Shown here: positions 57,068-64,000 of the stretch, one piece after another | How positions within the stretch are numbered: the stretch's first letter is position 1 | How the letters are laid out: each line of letters begins with the position of its first letter | Source: Actinomycetota bacterium | Lineage (GTDB): Bacteria > Actinomycetota > Actinomycetes > Nanopelagicales > Nanopelagicaceae | Direction of reading: 5' to 3' | DNA length: 64,000 nucleotides | NCBI GenBank assembly: GCA_026392845.1 | Contig: JAPLBJ010000039.1 | Location: 1,173-65,172, forward strand | Notes under the pieces: generated by a model | The model's database searches: none | What the model saw: the letters and a program-made list of their open reading frames with translations, nothing else | What the model was told of the DNA's origin: nothing | Program-made: the position numbers and the translations under genes

Positions 57068-57903
57068 TGAGAGCTCTGATCAATAAATTCTTTGCACAAC
57101 TTGGCGTTTGGGGATGGACCGCACTTGTTCTGATTCCCTTTTTCTTCATCATGCTCTTTGGAACTAAAGACACCTCCGATATTTACGGAAGACCCCTCAA
57201 TCTTGTATACAAGCCTCAATGGAGCAATTTCTCAAGTGCGTGGAATGTCGGTGGAGTCAATGGCGCTATTGGTCACTGGTTTATCAATACTGGGATATTA
57301 GTTACTACAGCCCTATTCGTATCACTTGTAATCGCAGTACCTGCAGCATATTTCACAATCTTCTTGCCTCCTAAAGCAAATCGACGTGTGATGGTTACAG
57401 TCTTGAGTGGCACAGTTGTACCGACAATTTTGCTAGTGATCCCTTACTTCAAGGCGTACAACCAGTACCACATGCTCAATAAACCTATTTTCGCTGGGTT
57501 GGCTTATGGGGTTTTAGCTATTCCAACAACATTTCTATTGATGAACCGCTTCTTCTTAGATTTCCCACGTGAAGTTTTGGAAGCAGGATTACTTGATGGA
57601 CTTTCGAACTCAAAGATTTTCAGAAAATTAGTCCTTCCATTATCAGTTGGGCAAATTGTCTCAGTCGGTATCTTGACTCTCATTTGGGCTTGGGGAGATA
57701 GTCAGATTGCAATTGTTCTATTGCAAAGCCAGGAATCACAACCGATTTCTGTTGGAATGCTCTCCTTCGCCGCAGACTTCACAACAAACCTTGGTGCAAC
57801 ATTTGCAGGGCTCACTATGGCCGCAATACCACCAGTAATTCTTTATATCATTTTGAGTAAGTACGTCACTAAGGGAATTGCCCTTGGTGGAATTACAAAG
57901 TAA
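57067..57903 (+). CDS. ABC sugar permease
   Basis: EAA-like loop LEAGLLDGLSNSKIFRKLVLPLS; TAATG overlap with the upstream gene. Confidence 0.8.
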   Translation: MRALINKFFAQLGVWGWTALVLIPFFFIMLFGTKDTSDIYGRPLNLVYKPQWSNFSSAWNVGGVNGAIGHWFINTGILVTTALFVSLVIAVPAAYFTIFLPPKANRRVMVTVLSGTVVPTILLVIPYFKAYNQYHMLNKPIFAGLAYGVLAIPTTFLLMNRFFLDFPREVLEAGLLDGLSNSKIFRKLVLPLSVGQIVSVGILTLIWAWGDSQIAIVLLQSQESQPISVGMLSFAADFTTNLGATFAGLTMAAIPPVILYIILSKYVTKGIALGGITK

Positions 57904-57914
57904 AGGAAAAACTC

Positions 57915-59285
57915 ATGTCAGATGGCACAGTTTTTGATTTAGAGAAGCTTGCCACGCGTATGAATGATTATTTCCCCCTTATTAATGGACATGAAAAGCG
58001 ATGCAAGAACTGGTTTACAGGTGCTGGCCTTGGAATGTTTATTCACTGGGATCACACAAGTGAGCAAGGAATTGAAATCTCTTGGCCATTGGTGGGCGGA
58101 GTTTTTGCACTCCCAGGCGGCAAAAATGTCTCTGTTGATCAGTACCACTCAACTGAAGCAACTTTTAATCCAACCAAGTGGGATCCCAAAGAGATTGCAA
58201 AGCTAGCTAAAGATGCAGGAATGGCATACATAGTATTTACATCAAAGCATCACAACGGTTGGGCTACATGGCCATCAAAGGTTGGCAATAGAAATATAAC
58301 TTCATCTCCATATGGAAAAGCTGGTGGAGATATTTTGCGTACCTATGTTGATGCAGTGCGCGCAGAGGGTTTGAAAGTTGGAGTGTATTACTCACTTTCT
58401 GACTGGGGACATGAAGATTATTTAGCTTGGAAAGATGAATATCTCCCTTATGTTTTTGGCGATAGCGCACCAATGGGTACACCAGAACAATGGCAGAGAT
58501 ATCGAAAGTATCTAAAAGATCAGCTCACCGAAATTCTTACAAACTATGGTCAAATTGATATGTTGTGGTTTGACGGCGCATGGGAGCGCAGTGATGAAGA
58601 TTGGAACTCAAAAGATATTGGCGATCACATTCGCTCACTTTCCCCAAACACTTTAATCAATGATCGCCTCTTTACTCAAGGTGATTTCCGCACACCAGAA
58701 CAATGGATTCCGGCTCAACCACTTCCTGAACCATGGGAATGTTGTATGACTATGAATTATTCATGGGCTTACGTCCCATCGGATACAGCATTCAAATCAC
58801 CATATGAAATCTTGCGCACTTTGATTGAAGTTGTATCTCGCGGCGGAAACCTCTTGCTCAACATCGGGCCACGCGGGGATGGATCATTAGTTCCAGAAGA
58901 ACGTGACATCATGGTCGAACTTGCTAAGTGGATGAAAACAAATAAAGAGAGTGTTGTTGGAGTAACTCCAGGTCTTGAACCATGGCAGTTCTATGGCCCA
59001 AGTACTCAAAATGGAAATCTTGTCTACCTACATCAATTTGCGATGCCATCAGAATCAGTCGTGGCTCGAGGTATCAAAGTTGCTCGAGTGAAATCAGTAA
59101 AGATTCTTGGTAGCAATGAAGAATTGAAATTTACTCGCCGCACTGCAATCAATGATATTTCGCTGAAGGATCCAGATGGCGAGATCATTATTGATGTTAA
59201 GGGAAAGAATCTTTCAGGTCTTATTCCCGTCATCGTTCTAGACCTCAGTGCCAACCCTGACGAAGTATCACTTCGGAATTGGTAG
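57915..59285 (+). CDS. GH29 alpha-L-fucosidase, type A paralog 1 (no signal peptide)
   Basis: GLGMFIHWD, SKHHNGW, MLWFDGAWE motifs; 456 aa. Confidence 0.85.
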   Translation: MSDGTVFDLEKLATRMNDYFPLINGHEKRCKNWFTGAGLGMFIHWDHTSEQGIEISWPLVGGVFALPGGKNVSVDQYHSTEATFNPTKWDPKEIAKLAKDAGMAYIVFTSKHHNGWATWPSKVGNRNITSSPYGKAGGDILRTYVDAVRAEGLKVGVYYSLSDWGHEDYLAWKDEYLPYVFGDSAPMGTPEQWQRYRKYLKDQLTEILTNYGQIDMLWFDGAWERSDEDWNSKDIGDHIRSLSPNTLINDRLFTQGDFRTPEQWIPAQPLPEPWECCMTMNYSWAYVPSDTAFKSPYEILRTLIEVVSRGGNLLLNIGPRGDGSLVPEERDIMVELAKWMKTNKESVVGVTPGLEPWQFYGPSTQNGNLVYLHQFAMPSESVVARGIKVARVKSVKILGSNEELKFTRRTAINDISLKDPDGEIIIDVKGKNLSGLIPVIVLDLSANPDEVSLRNW

Positions 59286-60610
59286 TGGACGTTTTCAAGC
59301 GTTTTGAGCGCGAAGTTCCCGAATGGTTTCTCGATGCCAAGTTAGGTTTCATGGTTTCGTGGGGAGCTTTTTCAGTTCCAGCATGGGGTGAACCAATTGG
59401 TGAACTTGGAACAATTGAAGATTGGAAAGAGTGGTTTAAGCACAATCCATATGCAGAGTGGTATTACAACACTATTCGTATCGAAGGATCACCTGCACGT
59501 GAATTCCACAAGAAGAATTTCAATGATTGCGACTATGACGATCTTTTGGATATGTGGAAAGCAGAGAAATTTCAACCCGATGAGTGGGCCAAGTTATTTG
59601 CGTACGCAGGCGCGCAATACATAGTTCCACTTTCTAAACACCATGATGGGATCACGCTCTGGGATGCTCCCGGGACGGGCACACGCAACACCGTGCATCG
59701 CGGACCAAAGCGTGATCTCATCGGTGATATTGCAACTGCTGTTCGCAAAGCAGGCATTCGCTTCGCTGTCTATTACTCAGGTGGACTTGATTGGGAAGTT
59801 ACAAAAACTTTGCCAGCAATATCTGATAACAATCAAGGTATCGAGGGTATGCAACGCCCGGTTGATGCTGCATATTCAATGTATGCCTACAAACATGTTA
59901 TTGATTTGATTGATCGCTACAAACCAGATCTTCTTTGGAACGATATTCAATGGCCAGATTTTTCAAAACGTGAAGGTGAGTATTCGCTCGCTGCACTCTT
60001 TGATTATTATTACAAGGCTGTTCCTCATGGTGTCGTCAATGATCGCTGGGGTAAAGAGACTCACTTTGATTATGAAACAAGTGAGTATCAATTCATGGCA
60101 GATAGTGAAAATGCTCCTGCTTGGGAAAACTGTCGTGGAATCGGACTCTCATTTGGATACAACCAAGTTGAATCAGAACAACATTCGCTCAACACTGAAA
60201 GTGCACTTCGCCATTTCTTAGACATTGTTTCTCGTGGTGGTAATTTCTTACTCAATGTTGGACCAACAGCTTCAGGTGAAATTCCAGAGATTCAAAAGAA
60301 AGTTCTTACGGGACTAGGCGATTGGATGGCAATCAATTCTGGCGCCGTCTACGCAACTCGTGCAATCAAAGAAATTCCTGCAACTGATACCCCTTGGGTT
60401 CGTTGGGCAAAGAAAGGCAATTCAGTTTTTGCATACATTGATGCCGTTGGAAGCGTTGAATTTATTGCTCCCGCAAGTCTGGTCAATGATAAGAAAGCCA
60501 CAATATTTAGTGGCGCAGCGATCACAGCCACTCGCAATGGCGACAAAATTTCAATGACAATACCGGCTCCAAAAGTGCCGGGACCTACTGTTATTGAATT
60601 TTCACACTAA
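59279..60610 (+). CDS. GH29 alpha-L-fucosidase-like, type B paralog 1 (HWG motif degenerate: SWG)
   Basis: KLGFMVSWGAFSVPAW, SKHHDGI, LLWNDIQWP. The start is TTG 59279 or GTG 59285, overlapping the upstream stop. Confidence 0.8.
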   Translation: MVVDVFKRFEREVPEWFLDAKLGFMVSWGAFSVPAWGEPIGELGTIEDWKEWFKHNPYAEWYYNTIRIEGSPAREFHKKNFNDCDYDDLLDMWKAEKFQPDEWAKLFAYAGAQYIVPLSKHHDGITLWDAPGTGTRNTVHRGPKRDLIGDIATAVRKAGIRFAVYYSGGLDWEVTKTLPAISDNNQGIEGMQRPVDAAYSMYAYKHVIDLIDRYKPDLLWNDIQWPDFSKREGEYSLAALFDYYYKAVPHGVVNDRWGKETHFDYETSEYQFMADSENAPAWENCRGIGLSFGYNQVESEQHSLNTESALRHFLDIVSRGGNFLLNVGPTASGEIPEIQKKVLTGLGDWMAINSGAVYATRAIKEIPATDTPWVRWAKKGNSVFAYIDAVGSVEFIAPASLVNDKKATIFSGAAITATRNGDKISMTIPAPKVPGPTVIEFSH

Positions 60611-60631
60611 AGCATCACTAAGGAGATAACC

Positions 60632-61945
60632 ATGGAATACAAGAATTTCGAACGCTTTAATCGCCCAGTGCCGACATGGTTCTCTGATGCCAAGTTTGGA
60701 ATTTTCATTCACTGGGGCGCTTACTCAGTACCTGCATGGGCAGAACCAACTGGCGAGCTAGGAACAGTAGATGACAGCGTATGGATGGCACATAACCCAT
60801 ATGCAGAGTGGTACTACAACACAATTCGCATTGAAGGATCTCCTGCGCAAAAGCACCAACAAGAAGTTTATGGCGGCGCACCATATGACGATTTCCTAGA
60901 TCAATGGAAGGCAAGTAAGTTCAATCCAGATGATTGGGCAGCACTTTTTGCTAAGGCCGGCGCACAATATGTAATTCCTACAACTAAGCACCACGATGGA
61001 ATTACATTGTGGGATGCACCAGGAACAGGAACACGTAACACAGTTGCACGCGGTCCAAAGCGCGACCTCGTTGGAGCAATCGGTGATGCAGTTCGCAAAG
61101 TTGGAATCAAGTTTGGTGTTTATTACTCAGGTGGTTTGGACTGGAGCGTAGATAACTTCCCTCCAATGACAATTGGTGATCACGTACGAGGATTTCGTCC
61201 AAGTGATGCTGCTTATGCAATGTATTGCTACGAGCACATCACAGACCTAATTAACCGTTACAAGCCAGATGTTCTCTGGGATGACATTGAATATCCAGAC
61301 TTCGCAAAGCGCGAAGGTCCATATTCACTCGCTGCAATCTTTGATCACTATTACAAGAGCGTTCCACAAGGTGTCATCAATGATCGTTGGGGCGTACCTC
61401 ACTCTGATTACAAGACAAGTGAGTACCAACATTCACTCGATAACGAGAGTGGCGCTGCTTGGGAAAACTGCCGCGGTATCGGACTCTCATTTGGTTACAA
61501 CCAAATTGAAGATGAGAAGCACTACATGAGCATCAATGCTGCTCAACACCACCTCATCGACATTGTCTCTCGTGGAGGAAACCTTCTTCTAAACGTTGGA
61601 CCAACAGCTGATGGTGAAATTCCTGCATTCCAACGCAAGGTTCTTGAAGGAATTGGTGCATGGATTGCAGTCAACAAGGCAGCAATTTACGCATCTCGCG
61701 TTGCAGAAGATGTGAAGCCATCTGATTCTCCTTGGGTTCGCTGGACTGCTAATGGCAAGAAGCGTTATGCAATCATTGATGCAACTGGTTCAGTTGAATT
61801 TGATGCACCAGAGAGTGCTGTTGATATCAAGAGTGCAACAGTTCTTGGTGGCGGAGCAATTGCTGTTACGCGCAATGGTTCCAAAATATCAATGACTATC
61901 TCAGCGCCAAAGGTCGAAGGACCAACTGTCGTAGCTTTCAACTAG
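60632..61945 (+). CDS. GH29 alpha-L-fucosidase, type B paralog 2
   Basis: KFGIFIHWGAYSVPAW, TKHHDGI, VLWDDIEYP; 437 aa. Confidence 0.85.
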   Translation: MEYKNFERFNRPVPTWFSDAKFGIFIHWGAYSVPAWAEPTGELGTVDDSVWMAHNPYAEWYYNTIRIEGSPAQKHQQEVYGGAPYDDFLDQWKASKFNPDDWAALFAKAGAQYVIPTTKHHDGITLWDAPGTGTRNTVARGPKRDLVGAIGDAVRKVGIKFGVYYSGGLDWSVDNFPPMTIGDHVRGFRPSDAAYAMYCYEHITDLINRYKPDVLWDDIEYPDFAKREGPYSLAAIFDHYYKSVPQGVINDRWGVPHSDYKTSEYQHSLDNESGAAWENCRGIGLSFGYNQIEDEKHYMSINAAQHHLIDIVSRGGNLLLNVGPTADGEIPAFQRKVLEGIGAWIAVNKAAIYASRVAEDVKPSDSPWVRWTANGKKRYAIIDATGSVEFDAPESAVDIKSATVLGGGAIAVTRNGSKISMTISAPKVEGPTVVAFN

Positions 61946-61963
61946 TCATACACGATTGATGTT

Positions 61964-63343
61964 GTGATGGCCACTGAAACTAACGTATTCGATAAGGAAG
62001 CGTTAGCCCCGAGGTTAAATGATTTTCATCCTCTAATCAGTGGTCATCAACAACGTTGTTCAGAGTGGTTTACAGGTGCTGGGCTGGGGCTTTTCATTTG
62101 CCTTGATCACGCAAGCCAACAAGGAATTGAAATGTCATGGCCGATGCTCGGCGATGTTAACTTTGCCCTACCTCTTGGTGGCCTTGTAACAGTTGAAAAG
62201 TATCGTTCTACGGAAAGTACTTTCAATCCAACGCAGTGGAATCCAAAAGATTTTCTACAAAAGGCAAAAGATGCAGGGTGTAAATATGCAGTATTTACTG
62301 CAAAACATCACAGCGGCTGGGCCATTTGGCCATCCAAATATGGTGATAGAAATATTTCAACTTCGATTTTTCAATCAACTGGTCGAGATATTTTGCGCGA
62401 ATATGTTGATGCAGCCCGTGAAGTTGGAATAAAGGTAGGAATTTATTACTCGTTAGCAGACTGGGGCCATGAGGGTTATTTGGAATGGAAAGACGAATAC
62501 CGTCCATACATTTTCGGCGAAAGCCCTCCTATGGGTACTGCGGAGCAATGGGAATCATTTCGTCAGTACACAAAAGATCAATTGACTGAATTATTGACTG
62601 AATATGGTCCAGTTGATCTTTTATGGTTTGACGGTGCGTGGGAACGCAGTGATGAGACATGGAACTCGAAAGATTTTGGAGACCACATTCGCTCAATCTC
62701 ACCAAACACTCTCATCAATGACAGACTTTTTACTCAAGGGGATTATCGAACTCCTGAGCAATGGATTCCAGCAAAACCGATTGCAGAACCCTGGGAATGC
62801 TGCATGACCATCAATTATTCATGGGCATATGTTCCAACTGATAAGACATATAAATCAACATATGAAATCTTGCGCACGCTCATTGAAGTTGTATCTCGCG
62901 GTGGAAATCTACTTCTCAACGTTGGACCTAAACCAGATGGCACTTTGGCAACTGAAGAAGCACAAACATTAGATGATTTGGCAATCTGGATGAAGGTCAA
63001 TAAAGAGAGTATTGAAAACGTGACTCCGGGTCTTGAAGATTGGCAGTATTACGGACCGTCGACACAGCGCGGAGAGATTGTTTATTTGCATAATTTTGCG
63101 CTTCCACAAGAAAGTGTTGTTGTCCGTGGCGTTAAGGTTGCTCGACTCAAATCTGCCAAAGTAATAGGAAGTAATGAAGAACTTACATTTACACGCAGGA
63201 CTGCAATTCATGATGCAGAGATGCCTGATCCTGATGGAGAAATAATTATTGATGTTCGAGGCAATAAAGTCTCGGGCCTCATGCCCGTCATTGTTCTAGA
63301 TTTTGGTGGCAATCCGTCATCTGTACAGATTCGTAATTGGTAG
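61964..63343 (+). CDS. GH29 alpha-L-fucosidase-like, type A paralog 2 (HW replaced by CL)
   Basis: Collinear with the 57915 paralog along its whole length, but reads GLGLFICLDH where paralog 1 has GLGMFIHWDH. It retains AKHHSGW and LLWFDGAWE. Confidence 0.8.
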   Translation: MMATETNVFDKEALAPRLNDFHPLISGHQQRCSEWFTGAGLGLFICLDHASQQGIEMSWPMLGDVNFALPLGGLVTVEKYRSTESTFNPTQWNPKDFLQKAKDAGCKYAVFTAKHHSGWAIWPSKYGDRNISTSIFQSTGRDILREYVDAAREVGIKVGIYYSLADWGHEGYLEWKDEYRPYIFGESPPMGTAEQWESFRQYTKDQLTELLTEYGPVDLLWFDGAWERSDETWNSKDFGDHIRSISPNTLINDRLFTQGDYRTPEQWIPAKPIAEPWECCMTINYSWAYVPTDKTYKSTYEILRTLIEVVSRGGNLLLNVGPKPDGTLATEEAQTLDDLAIWMKVNKESIENVTPGLEDWQYYGPSTQRGEIVYLHNFALPQESVVVRGVKVARLKSAKVIGSNEELTFTRRTAIHDAEMPDPDGEIIIDVRGNKVSGLMPVIVLDFGGNPSSVQIRNW

Positions 63344-63366
63344 AACCAAACTAAAAGGAGAAGAAA

Positions 63367-64000
63367 ATGGCAGAGCACCGCAAGATCACTGACACTAATG
63401 TGAACTGGGATCGTTTCAAACGTGATGTCCCACAGTGGTACACCGAAGCAAAGTTCGGCATATTTATTCACTGGGGCGCTTACTCGGTACCTGCATTTGG
63501 TGAACCTATTGGCGAGCTCGGAACAATGGAAGCCAAAACTTGGTTTCCACATAACCCATATGCCGAGTGGTACTTCAACACAATTCGCATTGAAGGCTCT
63601 CCTGCACAAGAATTCCATAAGAAGACATATGGCAATGCACCCTATGACGACTTTTTAGATCAATGGAAGGCAGAGAACTTCAATCCGGATCAATGGGCAG
63701 AGCTGTTCCAATATTCCGGCGCACAGTACGTTCTACCTACAACAAAGCACCATGATGGAATCGCACTCTGGCCAGCTCCTGGAACTGGAACTCGTAACAC
63801 GGTAGATCGTGGACCAAAGCGCGACCTCATTGGAGATATTGCAACCGCAGTTCGTAAAAAGGGATTACATTTCGGTGTTTATTATTCAGGCGGCTTGGAT
63901 TGGAGCATTACAGATCTTCCACCGCACAATGATGGATATGAGTTAGCACGACCATCTGATGCTGCATATTCAATGTATTGCTACGAACATGTAGTCGACA
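63367..64000 (+). CDS. GH29 alpha-L-fucosidase, type B paralog 3; 3' end outside the window
   Basis: ATG at 63367 after AAGGAG. The translation MAEHRKITDTNVNWDRFKRDVPQWYTEAKFGIFIHWGAYSVPAFGEP...TKHHDGI was read directly from the DNA. It is absent from the ORF track because there is no stop before the window end. Confidence 0.8.
   Translation, partial: MAEHRKITDTNVNWDRFKRDVPQWYTEAKFGIFIHWGAYSVPAFGEPIGELGTMEAKTWFPHNPYAEWYFNTIRIEGSPAQEFHKKTYGNAPYDDFLDQWKAENFNPDQWAELFQYSGAQYVLPTTKHHDGIALWPAPGTGTRNTVDRGPKRDLIGDIATAVRKKGLHFGVYYSGGLDWSITDLPPHNDGYELARPSDAAYSMYCYEHVVD

Overview
All calls rest on reading the supplied translations and the DNA by eye; no searches, HMMs or folding programs were run. The window looks like a chromosomal segment of an AT-leaning actinobacterium. 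That inference comes from synteny: lepA-hemW-hrcA-dnaJ-rsmE-HIT-phoH-ybeY-CorC, gltX-tRNA-Gln-tRNA-Glu, and lexA / LysM / nrdR-nrdJ with Cheo-type SOS boxes.

Four accessory blocks sit between the core blocks:
1. A CebR-like beta-glucoside locus (11.7-18.3 kb) with a GH3 enzyme, a CUT1 ABC importer and a broken LacI repressor, followed by a secreted DUF1524/Excalibur nuclease.
2. A co-directional ABC importer / PLP enzyme / AceE-like E1 / prpBCD string (19.4-29.5 kb).
3. A 2331-aa secreted repeat protein translationally coupled (TAATG) to an FN3 / low-complexity / Lys-Cys-rich protein (29.6-37.8 kb).
4. A large L-fucose island (about 43.8-64 kb). It carries a non-phosphorylative fuconate pathway, a third ABC importer and five tandem signal-peptide-less GH29 fucosidase paralogs. 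Two of these paralogs have lost the conserved His of the (F/I)HWG motif.

At least six conserved genes in the first 37 kb carry short internal lesions (hemW, rsmE, GH3, lacI-like, E1-like, FN3 protein), and none do in the last 27 kb. This is either an assembly or sequence artefact or something biologically odd, and it needs checking against raw reads.

I recognised no transposase, integrase, CRISPR array, rRNA or known defence genes. The best novelty candidates are the giant-protein/FN3 pair and the expanded, partly degenerate GH29 array. I cannot claim a clearly new system from sequence alone.
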